DNA of 64,000 nucleotides from Gemmatimonadales bacterium (GCA_965249575.1 OZ252244.1:1046434-1110433); one strand, 5' to 3'. Shown: positions 20,400-31,342, counted from the first letter of the stretch. The notes: generated from the letters alone by a model not told the origin. A program made the numbers and translations.

Positions 20400-21119
20400 A
20401 TGACTACGGAGCCCGCGCACTACACGCTGAGGGATCTCGCTCGGCAGCTCGACGTTCCGGAGTCGACGGTCCGCTACTATCGCGATATCTATGGCGCCTA
20501 CCTGCCGACCGTCGGGACCGGACGCAGGCGCTTGTATCCTCCCCTGGCCCTGGACATGCTGTCGGTCATAGCCGACGGATATGCCCGCAATCTGAGCCGG
20601 GAGCAGATCGAGACCGCACTCTCAGACGTGTTGGCCGACGGAGGTAACGCCGCACCCGTTCCCGTGCAGGTCGATCAGCGGCCCGCCCATCCGCTTGCCC
20701 ATGCCGACCTGCTCGCTACCGTCCTGGATGGCGAGCGTGAGCGACGCGAGGTCATGTGGCAGCTGGCGAAGGAAATCGTGCGACTGGGTGAGGCAATCGA
20801 GCGCCAACACCACATCCTCTCGGAAGTCGCGCGGCGTATGGACGATCCTCCTCGGCCCTCACTCCCAGCCGCCTCGGCTGGCTCCCGGGGGGACGGCGAT
20901 TACGCCGCGACGAGGCAAAAACTCGACCACGAGATGGACGCACTGCGCGAAGAACTGGAGCGAGAACGAGATCTTGTCGAGCGCCTCCGGCGTTCGAAGT
21001 TGGCGATCGAGCATCGAGTGGCAGATGCAGAGGCTCAGCTCCGGAGCACCACCTCCACCCAACGCCACGGTTTGCTCGAGCGACTCCTCGCTCGTCGCGA
21101 GGGCCAGAGTCCTCCGTAA
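20400..21119 (+). CDS. MerR-family HTH protein with coiled-coil C-terminus
   Basis: YTLRDLARQLDVPESTVRYYRDIYGAYLP is a MerR-type HTH. Confidence 0.7.
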   Translation: MTTEPAHYTLRDLARQLDVPESTVRYYRDIYGAYLPTVGTGRRRLYPPLALDMLSVIADGYARNLSREQIETALSDVLADGGNAAPVPVQVDQRPAHPLAHADLLATVLDGERERREVMWQLAKEIVRLGEAIERQHHILSEVARRMDDPPRPSLPAASAGSRGDGDYAATRQKLDHEMDALREELERERDLVERLRRSKLAIEHRVADAEAQLRSTTSTQRHGLLERLLARREGQSPP

Positions 21120-21134
21120 CTCCGCCCACCGCCC

Positions 21135-21797
21135 ATGACCGCGTCGTCGCCCTTTAGCTGGAAAGCCGAACGGCACAAGATGGTCCGCCGCCAACTGGTG
21201 GACCGGGGCCTCACCGACCGGCGGGTGCTGGCCGCGATGGCGGGCGTGCCCCGAGACCACTTCGTGCCCGAACATCTGCTCGATCGTGCTTATGACGACA
21301 CGCCCCTGCCGGTCGGACACGGACAGACGATTTCCCAGCCCTACATCGTAGCGCTCATGACCATTGAGGCCGGCCTCACGCGGCAAAGCGTGGTTCTGGA
21401 AGTTGGGACCGGCACCGGGTATCACACCGCTGTGCTCGCGCGGATCGCCCGGCACATCGTGAGTGTCGAGCGGTTGGCGACGCTCTCGGCGGGAGCCGCC
21501 GGACGATTGTCACGAATCGGAATTCGCAACGTCGATTGCGTGGTCGGGGACGGCGCAGTGGGGAGCACACCCTCGGCCCCATACGATGCCGTGATCGTCA
21601 CGGCAGCCGCACCCGGGCCACCCCGTGCCCTGCTCGAGCAAGTGAAGGTGGGCGGACGGCTGGTGATCCCGATTGGATCGCGAGACATCCAGGAGCTCAC
21701 GGTCTTCGAGCGGCTGGCACGTGGGTACGACCGGCGCGGCGCTGGCGCGTGCCGCTTCGTACCGCTGGTCTCGCCCGCGTCCTTCGACCAAGGTTGA
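21135..21797 (+). CDS. pcm: Protein-L-isoaspartate O-methyltransferase
   Basis: ...GHGQTISQPYIVALM... and the SAM motif LEVGTGTGYHTAVLA. Confidence 0.9.
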   Translation: MTASSPFSWKAERHKMVRRQLVDRGLTDRRVLAAMAGVPRDHFVPEHLLDRAYDDTPLPVGHGQTISQPYIVALMTIEAGLTRQSVVLEVGTGTGYHTAVLARIARHIVSVERLATLSAGAAGRLSRIGIRNVDCVVGDGAVGSTPSAPYDAVIVTAAAPGPPRALLEQVKVGGRLVIPIGSRDIQELTVFERLARGYDRRGAGACRFVPLVSPASFDQG

Positions 21798-22659
21798 TGC
21801 GGGATGATCTCCTCGGTGCACACGTCTCGACGGCCGGCGGGGCGGCCCGGGCGCCAGCCCGTGGGCGCGCCATCGGAGCCACGGCAATCCAAGTCTTCAC
21901 GAAATCTCCCAATCAGTGGCGAGAGCCGGTACTTGGGGCCGAGGAGGCTGCTGCATACCGTCTCGAAGCCGCCACCCAGGGCATCCGGACCGCGATCTCC
22001 CACGACTCCTACCTGATCAACCTCGCCTCCCCGGATAAGCGCCTGCGTGCGCGCTCCATGGCGTGCTTCAAGGGCGAGCTCCGACGTGCCGCGCAGCTTG
22101 GCCTTAGCCACGTCGTGACCCACCCCGGACACTTCATGCGCGACCGGATGGCCGGCCTGAAGCGGAGCGCTTCGGGATACGCGGAGTGTCTTTCTTCCGT
22201 TCGGGGACCCGGAATCCTGATCGAAACGGCAGCAGGATCGGGAACCGTGCTCGGCGCGACGTTCGAGGAGTTGGCCGAGCTGCGGCGGCAGATCCCGCCG
22301 AGGGTCCGGGCGCGGGTCGGCTTTTGCATGGATACGTGTCACGTCTTCGCGGCGGGCTACGATCTCGTCGACGGCTGGGACCGCGTCTGGTCGGAGTGGG
22401 ATCGAGCGGTCGGACGCCGGCACCTGCGCTGCATGCACCTCAACGACTCGAAGGCACCGCTCGGATCGCGCCGGGACCGCCACGAGCTGATCGGCGAAGG
22501 GATGTTGGGCGCTGGCCCCTTTCGTCGGATCATGCCGACCCGCGATTCGCACGGGTCATCAAGATTATCGAAACCCCGAAAGGGGACGACCCAGAGCGGC
22601 AAGATCGCCGCATGTTGCGGCGACTGAGAGCGTTCGGGCGGGTACCAACCTGCTCCTAG
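21797..22659 (+). pseudogene. nfo: Endonuclease IV, reading frame broken by an apparent 1-nt deletion near 22531-22536
   Basis: ATG 21797 overlaps the pcm stop. LGAHVSTAGG...IQVFTKSPNQW...HPG...ETAAGSG..CMDTCH..H..LNDS.. are Nfo motifs. After ...GAGPFRRIM the homology continues in another frame as ADPRFARVIKIIETPKGDD (ORF 22186-22659). Confidence 0.8.
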
Positions 22660-22801
22660 CCCCGCCCCATCCGCCCACTCGGCCACCGGTCGCGCCCCCC
22701 CCTGGCACACGACCTGCGCGCTCGGAAAATGTGTTAGTTTTCTCGCTCGCCGGGCCCCCACGGCCGGGATGCTTGCTTCAGCGATCGAGACCGTAACCGA
22801 C

Positions 22802-24403
22802 ATGGCCACAACGACATATAGCGAGCCGAAGGGCGGCTCTTTTGCACCGGCCCTGTTTCCCACGTCTGAGGTCTACTGGAACCTCGGGCCCGCCGCCCTC
22901 TACGAGGCAGCGGTACGAAGGGGCGAGGGACAGGTCACCAAGGGCGGCGCTTTCAGCGCGACCACAACGCCCCACACAGGGCGCTCGCCCGGTGACAAAT
23001 TCGTGGTGCAAGATCCGGATTCCGAGGGTGAGATATGGTGGGGCAGGGTCAATCAGCCCATGGAGACGGTGCACTACTCGCGACTCTACAAGGATGTGGT
23101 GAAGTATCTCGGAAGCCGCGAGCTGTTCGTGGCGGATCTCTTCGCCGGGGCTGATCCGGCGCTTCGAATCAGTGTGCGCTTCGTGACCACGAACGCATGG
23201 CATGCGCTGTTCGTGCACAACATGTTCATCCGGCCGGGGCCTCGCGAGCTGGGGGACTTCACCCCGCGGTTCACCGTCCTGCACGCACCGGAGTTCCAGG
23301 CGAACCCCGCGACGCACGGGACAAAGACCGGCACATTCATCGTCGTGAACTTCGCCGAGCGCGTGGTTTTGATCGGCGGTACCCGCTATGCCGGGGAGAT
23401 GAAGAAGTCGATCTTCACCGTATTGAACTATGTCTATCCGAAGCGCGGTGTCCTGCCGATGCACTGTTCGGCCAACGTCGGTCCGGACGGCGATACCGCC
23501 GTGTTCTTTGGGCTTTCGGGCACGGGCAAGACCACCCTCTCGGCGGATCCCACGCGGGGCCTGATCGGCGACGACGAACACGGATGGGCAGATGACGGGG
23601 TGTTCAACTTCGAGGGTGGGTGCTATGCGAAGGTGATCCGGCTCTCGGCCGAAGGCGAGCCTGAGATTCACGCAACGACCCGGATGTTCGGTACGATTCT
23701 GGAGAACGTCGTCGTCGACCAAGGCACGCGTCAGGTCAATTTCGACGACGATTCGATCACCGAAAACACCCGGGCCTCTTACCCCATCCACTTCATACCG
23801 AACCACGTGCCTAGCGGGAGAGCGGGGCACCCGCGCAACATCATCCTCCTCACCGCTGACGCCTTCGGCGTCATGCCGCAGCTCGCGAAGCTGACGCCCG
23901 CGCAGACGATGTACCACTTCCTGTCCGGCTACACGGCGAAGGTGGCTGGCACGGAGCGCGGGGTTACCGAGCCGCAAGCAACATTCAGTGCTTGCTTCGG
24001 CGCGCCGTTCCTCCCGCTCCACCCCAGTGTGTATGCCGAGATGTTGGGCGAGCGCATCGCTCAGCACGACGTACGGTGCTGGTTGGTGAACACCGGATGG
24101 ACGGGCGGGCCATATGGTGAAGGAACACGTATGAAGCTGGCGCACACCCGCGCCATGATCCGGGCGGCTCTCGACGGCGCTCTTGATGACGTGGCGACGA
24201 AACCCGACCCGACGTTCGGCTTTCAGGTACCGGTCGCGGTCCCGGGAGTCCCGACGGAGATACTCGATGCTCGAAGCACGTGGTCGGACAAGAAGCGTTA
24301 CGATGCACAGGCCGCAAAGCTCGCGACGATGTTCCAGGACAGCTTCGGCCGGTTTGCAGAAAAGGCATCCGACGAGGTAGTAGACGCGGGACCCAAGGTA
24401 TAA
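22802..24403 (+). CDS. pckA: Phosphoenolpyruvate carboxykinase (ATP)
   Basis: Kinase-1a motif [13 protein letters not shown]; GDDEHGW; overall ATP-PEPCK pattern. An alternative start lies at 22769. Confidence 0.95.
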   Translation: MATTTYSEPKGGSFAPALFPTSEVYWNLGPAALYEAAVRRGEGQVTKGGAFSATTTPHTGRSPGDKFVVQDPDSEGEIWWGRVNQPMETVHYSRLYKDVVKYLGSRELFVADLFAGADPALRISVRFVTTNAWHALFVHNMFIRPGPRELGDFTPRFTVLHAPEFQANPATHGTKTGTFIVVNFAERVVLIGGTRYAGEMKKSIFTVLNYVYPKRGVLPMHCSANVGPDGDTAVFFGLSGTGKTTLSADPTRGLIGDDEHGWADDGVFNFEGGCYAKVIRLSAEGEPEIHATTRMFGTILENVVVDQGTRQVNFDDDSITENTRASYPIHFIPNHVPSGRAGHPRNIILLTADAFGVMPQLAKLTPAQTMYHFLSGYTAKVAGTERGVTEPQATFSACFGAPFLPLHPSVYAEMLGERIAQHDVRCWLVNTGWTGGPYGEGTRMKLAHTRAMIRAALDGALDDVATKPDPTFGFQVPVAVPGVPTEILDARSTWSDKKRYDAQAAKLATMFQDSFGRFAEKASDEVVDAGPKV

Positions 24404-24409
24404 ACCCCG

Positions 24410-25711
24410 ATGGTGGCCCGGAGCGCCTTCAAGGTCATCCGCGACCCGCTCTGGAACAACATCGCCGTCGACGCCGATGCCGCATCCCTGATCGATAGCG
24501 AGCCGTTTCAGCGCCTCCGCTACATCCGCCAGCTCGGCCATGCATACCTCGTCTATCCCGGCGCCACACATACCCGGTTCGAACACGCCCTCGGAGCGTA
24601 TCACCTCTCGCGACGTGCCCTTTCACTGCTCCGGGACCAGGGAGCGTTGGAGGGGATTCCCCATGAGGAAACCCTTCTCGTCCTCCTCGCCGCACTCCTC
24701 CACGACATCGGGCACTACCCGTTCTCACACGCACTCGAGGAAGCCGGGCTCCCATCGCACGAGCACCTGGCCGCGGCGCGATTGGAGCACCCGGAGATCC
24801 GCCGCGCGCTCCTGGCGGTCGGTATTACGGAGTGTACCGAGCGAATCGCCGCGCTCATCGGCGGGACCAGCGGTTCCCCCCTTCAGGGACTGATCTCGGG
24901 CTCGCTGGACCTCGACAAGATCGAGTATCTGACGCGGGACGCATGGATGTGCGGCGTTCCCTACGGCACGGTTGACGTTGACCGGCTCATTCATTCGCTC
25001 GTGGTGGTACGGCGCGAGCCAAAGGATGGCACGTCGGATCGAGCAGCCCCCACTCCCGCCATCGGCGTTCACGAGAAGGGCCTGAGCGCGCTCGAATCCC
25101 TGTTGTTCGCCAAGTACCAGATGTACCGCAACGTCTACTGGCACCACGCCGTGCGGAGCGCCACCGTCATGTTCAAGCGCCTGGTGCGGACGGCGCTCAA
25201 GCAAGGTGACCTCGAGACGGGATGGATCGCCCACAGCACTGACGAGGCGCTCATGGAGCGGCTGCGGAGACTGCCCAATGCGCCGTTGGCGCGTCGGCTG
25301 CGGGATCGGAAGCTCTACAAGCGCGCTGTGGACCTGGCGGCCACGGAGGCACCGAGCGGAGCGGGTGAGTGGGTTGCCGCAGACCCCGGCCTCGTCGAGC
25401 AGGTCGAGGACCGGCTGGCAGAGGAGGTCGGCCTCACCGCCGGCGACATCCTCCTCGACTTCCCTGCCAAGCCGCAGATGCTGTCGGCCGACCTCCCGCT
25501 CCTCAATCATCGTGGTGAGGTCGAGCCGTTGCGACTGGGATTGCAACGGATCGCCGAGGAGTTGCACACGAGCGCACGCCGGTTTCGGGTGTTCCTCGGA
25601 GAGCCCGTGACCCTCGACGCGCGTGCCATCGTCGCGTTACTGGAACGGCCGGCTGAAGAGATGCGCGCGGCGCTGCGAGAGGGCCGACCGCTACTCGCGG
25701 CGGGACGCTAG
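24410..25711 (+). CDS. HD-domain phosphohydrolase (SAMHD1/EF1143-like HD superfamily)
   Basis: HTRFEHALGAYHL and LLHDIGHYPFSHALE motifs. Confidence 0.8.
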   Translation: MVARSAFKVIRDPLWNNIAVDADAASLIDSEPFQRLRYIRQLGHAYLVYPGATHTRFEHALGAYHLSRRALSLLRDQGALEGIPHEETLLVLLAALLHDIGHYPFSHALEEAGLPSHEHLAAARLEHPEIRRALLAVGITECTERIAALIGGTSGSPLQGLISGSLDLDKIEYLTRDAWMCGVPYGTVDVDRLIHSLVVVRREPKDGTSDRAAPTPAIGVHEKGLSALESLLFAKYQMYRNVYWHHAVRSATVMFKRLVRTALKQGDLETGWIAHSTDEALMERLRRLPNAPLARRLRDRKLYKRAVDLAATEAPSGAGEWVAADPGLVEQVEDRLAEEVGLTAGDILLDFPAKPQMLSADLPLLNHRGEVEPLRLGLQRIAEELHTSARRFRVFLGEPVTLDARAIVALLERPAEEMRAALREGRPLLAAGR

Positions 25712-25889
25712 CCTTCGAGCGTTTGGCCGCCGGCTTCGGCAAGTCGCGACGCCAGCGCCCGGTAGTAGGCCGCGTCGTCGGCACGACCCGCGTTCTCCAT
25801 GGAAAGGGCGCAAACCTCGAGCGCGTAGAGAATGGGCCCGAGATGTTCGGCCGCCACGCGACCGACGGTGTCCGGGTTCGGGCCGGCGG

Positions 25890-26711
25890 TCACCCTCCGG
25901 CGACGGCCGCCGTCGAGGTCTCGTCTTGCGCGGCGTCCACACGGTCGACCCGAATGAGGACGGCCGTGATGTTGTCCAGGCCTCCCCTGTCGTTCGCTTC
26001 GACGATCAATGTATCCACGATCTCCTGCGGAACCCGCTCGGCGTCCAGGATCGCGTAGAGCTCGTTGTCCTCCAGCATGCCGGTCAGCCCGTCGGAAGCG
26101 AGCAGATACAGATCTCCCGCCCGCAGCGTACCGACATACACGTCGGGCGCGACCTCTCCATTGGCGCCGACACACCGCGTGATGACGTTGCTGTAGGGAT
26201 GCGTCCGGGCCTGCTCGGGCGTGAGATGACCCGCATCAACCTGCTCTTGGACGTACGAGTGGTCCTTGGTGAGCTGAACGAGCTGCCCGTCACGCAGCAG
26301 GTAGGCGCGGCTGTCACCGACTTGGCCGATGAGATACCGCGGCCCGTTGATCTTCATGGCGGTCGCGGTCGTTCCCATCCCCCGCTTGTCCTGCTCGTCG
26401 AGCGTGCGCTGATAGATCGCAGCGTTTGCTTCTCGAATGGAGCGTCGGATCGCCTCGGCCGCCTCAGAATCAGACAGGTCGGACACGCTTCCGAGCTCTT
26501 TGGCGATGATGCGGACCGCCATCTCGCTGGCGACTTCCCCAGCGGCGTGCCCCCCCATCCCGTCGGCCACGACGAATACCCCACGCGCCGGGACCATGAG
26601 ATAGTTGTCCTCGTTGCCGGACCGGATGACGCCGACATCCGTCCGGCCGGCGCAGGTGAGCGAAACGCCGGTGGTCAAGCTACCGGGCGAGGAGGAGGAA
26701 CGCGAACACAA
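25890..26711 (-). CDS. PP2C-type Ser/Thr phosphatase
   Basis: GRTDVGVIRSGNEDN, ADGMGGHAAGEVAS, ...ASDGLT..., GGLDNITAV. An alternative TTG start at 26678 lies just after the FHA gene stop. Confidence 0.9.
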   Translation of the reverse strand: MCSRSSSSPGSLTTGVSLTCAGRTDVGVIRSGNEDNYLMVPARGVFVVADGMGGHAAGEVASEMAVRIIAKELGSVSDLSDSEAAEAIRRSIREANAAIYQRTLDEQDKRGMGTTATAMKINGPRYLIGQVGDSRAYLLRDGQLVQLTKDHSYVQEQVDAGHLTPEQARTHPYSNVITRCVGANGEVAPDVYVGTLRAGDLYLLASDGLTGMLEDNELYAILDAERVPQEIVDTLIVEANDRGGLDNITAVLIRVDRVDAAQDETSTAAVAGG

Positions 26712-28272
26712 TCGCGCCGAGGATGAGCAACACGAGCAGAAGGGTCAACCAGGGAGACCGCTGCGCCGGCTGTGGGCGCCGGAGGGGCGGCCGGGGCGCG
26801 CGGGTCGGCCGACGCCCCTGCACCTGATCCGGAGCGTGGGCGGTCGGACCAGGTCCGGCGCCGCCCCCGCCCACGCCCCCACTCGAGGGCGGCGGTGACG
26901 ACGCGGCGGACCGCGGTGACTGCCCCCCACTCCCTGACGGCTTCGCGGGTGGGATCTTGATCGCCTGGAGCATCTTCGTGGAAGACCCCTTCGCCGCGTC
27001 GATCGTGTCGTCGGTGGGCTCGAACATCGTGCCAACCGCGCCGAATCGCACGAGTGCGCCCGGCGCCAAGGGGGCCTCCCCCGACACCTGCTCGCCATCC
27101 ACAAAGGTCCCATTCGTAGAGTCCAGATCGACCAGAACCCAAACCCCTTCACGGCGCTGCAACTTGGCGTGCACCGTGGACACACTGTCCTCCGGAAGCA
27201 CGATGTCGTTGTAGTCGGCCCGCCCGACGTTCACCACCGGGATACGAATCGGAAATCGGTGGCCCTTCATCGTCCCGCTCCGGACGAGCAGGGTCGCGAG
27301 GACGCCCCCCGAGCTCGGGCGCGCCGCCGGCTCTGCGGTCGACCCCCTCTGGGGCGCCCTCACCACGGCATCTTCGCCGGTTCTGGGGGAGACCGGTACC
27401 GCGTCGGCGCCCGCCCTTGTACTCCCGCTTTGGGAGCCGACACCCGGTATCCCATGCAGCCTGTTGGACAACTGCTGCGCGGCTCCTGGGGGCGGGCCAG
27501 TAGGCTGTGTTTTTTGTGAGCCTGGGCTGACGGTCGGCGCCGTGGTCACCTGCGCATCCGGGGGTGAGGCCGCGGCCGGTGAAGGCGCTTGCTCCGGCGC
27601 GGGGGCAGGGGCAGCGTCAGCGTAAAACCGAAAATCGTCATCCCCTAGGCGAACGACGTCGGCGCGGGCGAGCAGGCGCTGTCCTCCGATCTGCTCCCCG
27701 TTCACGAACGTTCCATTAGTACTGCTGTCGATCACTAGATATCCCTTGGGCGTCACGATGATCTCCGCATGACGCCGGGAGACGTTCTTGTTCGTGAGCA
27801 CGACCTCGCAGCTGGCATCACGACCAATCACGAGCGACTGGCCCGAAATCGTGTATTCCCGGCCGTCCGTCAGACAGACCAGCCGGCCCCCTGTTGACGC
27901 GGTTGCCGTCTTGGGACCGGAGGATTTGCCGGAGGCCGCCGCCATCGCGGCTGGATCGACAGCCTGGACGTACTGCGTACTCCCGCTGCGCCGCTCATCG
28001 ACGTAGAGCAGCTCTTGCTTGCCAATCTGTATTTTGTCGCCATGCAAGAGCGGCGATGGCTGCGGGCCAAGCCGCACGCCATTTATGAGGATCTGCAGGT
28101 TGTCGGACGCCTTCCGGACAGCGACCTGACCGTCTGGCAGGGTCCGCAACACGGCGTGTCGAGGCTCGACACCTTCACCGCTCAACATTACGTGTGCGGA
28201 CGGATCGCTTCCGATGATCGCCTCCCCGGGGGGAATGCGATGGCGCCGTCCACCGAACTCTAGGAAAGACAT
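26680..28272 (-). CDS. Triple-FHA-domain protein with C-terminal membrane anchor
   Basis: Three FHA cores (IIGSDPSAHVML...PRHAVL; VIGRDASCEVVL..VSRRHAEI...STNGTFVNG; NVGRADYNDIVL..VSTVHAKL...STNGTFVDG). Pro-rich linkers. C-terminal TM WLTLLLVLLILGAIVFAFLLLA. Confidence 0.85.
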   Translation of the reverse strand: MSFLEFGGRRHRIPPGEAIIGSDPSAHVMLSGEGVEPRHAVLRTLPDGQVAVRKASDNLQILINGVRLGPQPSPLLHGDKIQIGKQELLYVDERRSGSTQYVQAVDPAAMAAASGKSSGPKTATASTGGRLVCLTDGREYTISGQSLVIGRDASCEVVLTNKNVSRRHAEIIVTPKGYLVIDSSTNGTFVNGEQIGGQRLLARADVVRLGDDDFRFYADAAPAPAPEQAPSPAAASPPDAQVTTAPTVSPGSQKTQPTGPPPGAAQQLSNRLHGIPGVGSQSGSTRAGADAVPVSPRTGEDAVVRAPQRGSTAEPAARPSSGGVLATLLVRSGTMKGHRFPIRIPVVNVGRADYNDIVLPEDSVSTVHAKLQRREGVWVLVDLDSTNGTFVDGEQVSGEAPLAPGALVRFGAVGTMFEPTDDTIDAAKGSSTKMLQAIKIPPAKPSGSGGQSPRSAASSPPPSSGGVGGGGAGPGPTAHAPDQVQGRRPTRAPRPPLRRPQPAQRSPWLTLLLVLLILGAIVFAFLLLAR

Positions 28273-28418
28273 CGGGTTCCTCGATCTGCGAGGCGTATCT
28301 ACCAGAAATTACTTTGGGCCGTCCAGCGGTGCAACCAAACCGGAACGGCGCCCATCGCGCGGGGCCACGATTGGCATGGCCTTGTAGGGGTGGAGGTGCC
28401 GTCCTATGCTTCACACCT

Positions 28419-31265
28419 ATGCCATCCGGCACCATCACCGTTCGAAAGGCCCGCCAGCACAACCTGAAGGGCATCACCGTCGAGATCCCCCGGAGGGCAC
28501 TGACCGTCGTCACTGGCCCGTCGGGATCGGGCAAGAGCTCGTTCGCGTTCGACACGGTCTACGCCGAGGGCCAGCGCCGCTACGTCGAATCCCTCTCGAC
28601 CTACGCGAAACAGTTCCTCGAACGCATGCCGAAACCGCTCATCGATGGGCTCGACGGCATCTCACCGGCTGTCGCCATCGAGCAGAAGAACCCGACCACG
28701 ACCAGCCGGTCGACCGTGGGAACGGCCACTGAGATCTACGACTACCTGCGACTCCTCTGGGCACGGGTGGGCAGGCAGCTGTGTCACAACTGCGGTGCGC
28801 AAGTCACCGTCGACTCTCCAGGCACGGCCGCCGACGGGGTGCTCAAGGATTTTGGGGGGCAGCACGTACTGATCGCGTTCCCCATTCCCCGATCCGAACG
28901 GCCCGACCACCAGCTCATCCTCGAGAACCTCCAGGCGATGGGGTTCGTACGCGTCTTCCTGGATGAAGCGGTCTTCCGGCTCGATGCGCTGCCGGATCAT
29001 ATTCGGCTCGATCGGGACGGCGCGCTGGTCGTCGCCGATCGCGTCTCGGTAACGCCCGACTCCCGCGGGCGCCTGGCCGATTCGATCGCTCTCGCCTTCG
29101 CGGAGGGCGATGGTGACGCGGAGATCATCGCGGATACCGCCCGCGGTCGATTCACCCAGTACCCACGATGCACCGCGTGTGGGACCGTGGCCCCGCGGCT
29201 CACGCCGAACCTCTTTTCGTTCAACAACCCTCGCGGCGCCTGCCCCGCGTGCAACGGATTCGGAGCCGTACTCGAATACGACGAGGGACTCATCGTACCG
29301 GACCCGGACCGGACCCTCGGTGAGGGCGCCATCCACCCCTGGACGAAACCGCGCTACGGAGGCCGCCGCCGCCTCCTGCGGGATGCCGCGCGCCGCTCGT
29401 CCGTCCCGTTCGACAAACCATGGCGCAAGCTCGCGGCGGCCCAGCGCCGCCTGCTGCTGCATGGAGGGTCCGGCCGTTTCGTCGGCGTATTCCCGTTCCT
29501 GCGCGCGTTGGAGCCCAAGCGGTACAAGCAGTACATCCGTGTGTTTCTCCGACAATACCAGCGTGCGACAGAGTGTCCGTCATGCCTCGGGAATCGCTTA
29601 CGCCCCGAAGCCCTGGCCGTTCGGGTGGGCGGGTGCTCGATAGCCGACGTGAGCCGCCGCACAGCCGGTCAAATCCTGGAGTGGCTCGCCGGGTTGGAGT
29701 TGTCACCCTTCGAGGCGGAGGTGGCACAGGTCATTCTGCGCGAAACCAGCGCACGCCTCCAGTTCATCTGCGAAGTCGGCCTCGCCTATCTCGGACTCGA
29801 CCGGCAGACGCGCACGCTTTCGGGTGGAGAGGCCCAACGCATCTCGCTCGCGAACGCGCTGGGATCGAACCTGGTCGACACCCTGTACGTGCTCGACGAG
29901 CCATCCATCGGACTCCATCCGCGCGACGTGAGCCGGCTCCTGGATCTCCTGCTCCGGCTGCGGGCCGCGGGCAACACGGTTCTGGTGGTCGAGCACGACC
30001 TCGCCGCTATTCGCGCGGCCGATCACATCATCGAGCTCGGTCCTGGAAGCGGCGAGCGCGGCGGGGAGGTCGTGTACGCGGGGGATGCCTCCGGACTTAC
30101 GACGGCGGCCACGCTCACGGGGGATTATCTACGTGGGGTCCGACATGTTGCGACCCCGAGCCACCGGCGCCATGCCGGTCCGAGGTGGCTGACGGTCAAA
30201 GGCGCCACGCTCCACAACCTGACCAACGTCGACGTCACCGTCCCGCTTGGTACCCTCGTGGCCGTCACTGGCGTCTCGGGCTCGGGGAAATCGACGCTGG
30301 TGCACGATGTGATCTATCGCCAGCTGGCCGCGCGCATTCGCGGCGCCCACGGAGCCAAGGAGCACCTCGGTGAGCAGGTCGGGCAGATCGAGTCGCTCTC
30401 GGGCTGGGAGGTGCTCGACGACGTGGTACTCGTGGACCAATCACCCATCGGGCGCACTCCGCGCTCGAACCCGATCACGTACATACGGGCATTCGATGAA
30501 ATTCGCGAGCTGTTCGCCTCCCAACCGCTGGCCCGCGCGCGCGGGTACCAACCGACCACGTTTAGCTTCAACGCGTCGGACGGCGGCCGATGCCGGACGT
30601 GCGAGGGGGCCGGCCACGTGCTCGTGGAAATGGTGTTTCTGGCCGATGTGTACATACCGTGCGAAGGCTGCGGTGGAACCCGTTTTGAGCGCGAAGTACT
30701 GGACGTAAAAATCAAGAACCTCTCCATTCACGAAGTGCTCCAGCTGACAGTCGATGATGCCATCCATCGGTTTCGACATCAGGACCGCCTGGGGAGGGCC
30801 TTCTGGCACCTACAGCAGGTCGGCCTGGGATACCTCCGGCTGGGACAGCCCGCAACGACACTGTCGGGAGGGGAGGCCCAACGACTCAAAATCGCACGGC
30901 AGCTGGCCACTGTGAGTCGCCGAACCTCCCGGCGGCTCTACATCCTCGACGAACCCACGACCGGTCTCCATCTGGAGGACGTGCGAACCCTCATGAAGGT
31001 GCTCGACCGCCTCGTGGATGCGGGACACACGGTGCTCGTCATCGAGCATCATTTGGACGTCATCAAGCGGGCCGACTGGGTCATCGACCTGGGTCCGGAA
31101 GGCGGGGCCGAGGGCGGGCGCATCGTCGCAGTGGGAACGCCGGAAGAGGTGGCCCACGCCGACACCCACACCGCCCGATTCTTGCGGGACCTGGGGGCGC
31201 CGCGGACTGACGAGATCCCGAGCCTCGAAACCGATTACCGGCGACGAACGACCTCCGGATCGTAG
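28419..31265 (+). CDS. uvrA: Excinuclease ABC subunit A
   Basis: ATG 28419 (MPSGTITVRKARQHNLKGITVEI). Two ABC modules (GPSGSGKSS, GVSGSGKST; LSGGEAQRI/LSGGEAQRL) and Zn-finger cysteines (CHNCG, CPACNG, CRTCEG..CEGCGG). Confidence 0.92.
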   Translation: MPSGTITVRKARQHNLKGITVEIPRRALTVVTGPSGSGKSSFAFDTVYAEGQRRYVESLSTYAKQFLERMPKPLIDGLDGISPAVAIEQKNPTTTSRSTVGTATEIYDYLRLLWARVGRQLCHNCGAQVTVDSPGTAADGVLKDFGGQHVLIAFPIPRSERPDHQLILENLQAMGFVRVFLDEAVFRLDALPDHIRLDRDGALVVADRVSVTPDSRGRLADSIALAFAEGDGDAEIIADTARGRFTQYPRCTACGTVAPRLTPNLFSFNNPRGACPACNGFGAVLEYDEGLIVPDPDRTLGEGAIHPWTKPRYGGRRRLLRDAARRSSVPFDKPWRKLAAAQRRLLLHGGSGRFVGVFPFLRALEPKRYKQYIRVFLRQYQRATECPSCLGNRLRPEALAVRVGGCSIADVSRRTAGQILEWLAGLELSPFEAEVAQVILRETSARLQFICEVGLAYLGLDRQTRTLSGGEAQRISLANALGSNLVDTLYVLDEPSIGLHPRDVSRLLDLLLRLRAAGNTVLVVEHDLAAIRAADHIIELGPGSGERGGEVVYAGDASGLTTAATLTGDYLRGVRHVATPSHRRHAGPRWLTVKGATLHNLTNVDVTVPLGTLVAVTGVSGSGKSTLVHDVIYRQLAARIRGAHGAKEHLGEQVGQIESLSGWEVLDDVVLVDQSPIGRTPRSNPITYIRAFDEIRELFASQPLARARGYQPTTFSFNASDGGRCRTCEGAGHVLVEMVFLADVYIPCEGCGGTRFEREVLDVKIKNLSIHEVLQLTVDDAIHRFRHQDRLGRAFWHLQQVGLGYLRLGQPATTLSGGEAQRLKIARQLATVSRRTSRRLYILDEPTTGLHLEDVRTLMKVLDRLVDAGHTVLVIEHHLDVIKRADWVIDLGPEGGAEGGRIVAVGTPEEVAHADTHTARFLRDLGAPRTDEIPSLETDYRRRTTSGS

Positions 31266-31342
31266 CGGGAACGCGCCGGCATTGGCTGCGAAACCGCCAC
31301 TCGTTATTGACCTTACGACCGGTAATCACAATCTTGCGTGCC

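Noticed and set aside
22778-24604. 608-aa ORF on the minus strand
   Set aside because: It lies antisense to pckA, which has clear motifs. Its Arg/Gly/Pro-rich composition is typical of shadow frames in high-GC DNA.
25708-26175. 155-aa minus-strand ORF downstream of and overlapping the PP2C gene
   Set aside because: Most of it overlaps the PP2C coding frame. Only about 45 non-overlapping codons remain, with no start or RBS support.
28419-31265. UvrA as a drug-resistance or class II UvrA paralogue rather than the repair enzyme
   Set aside because: Length, both ABC modules and the zinc-finger cysteines look canonical. I cannot judge the UvrB-binding domain without an alignment, so the default uvrA call is kept.
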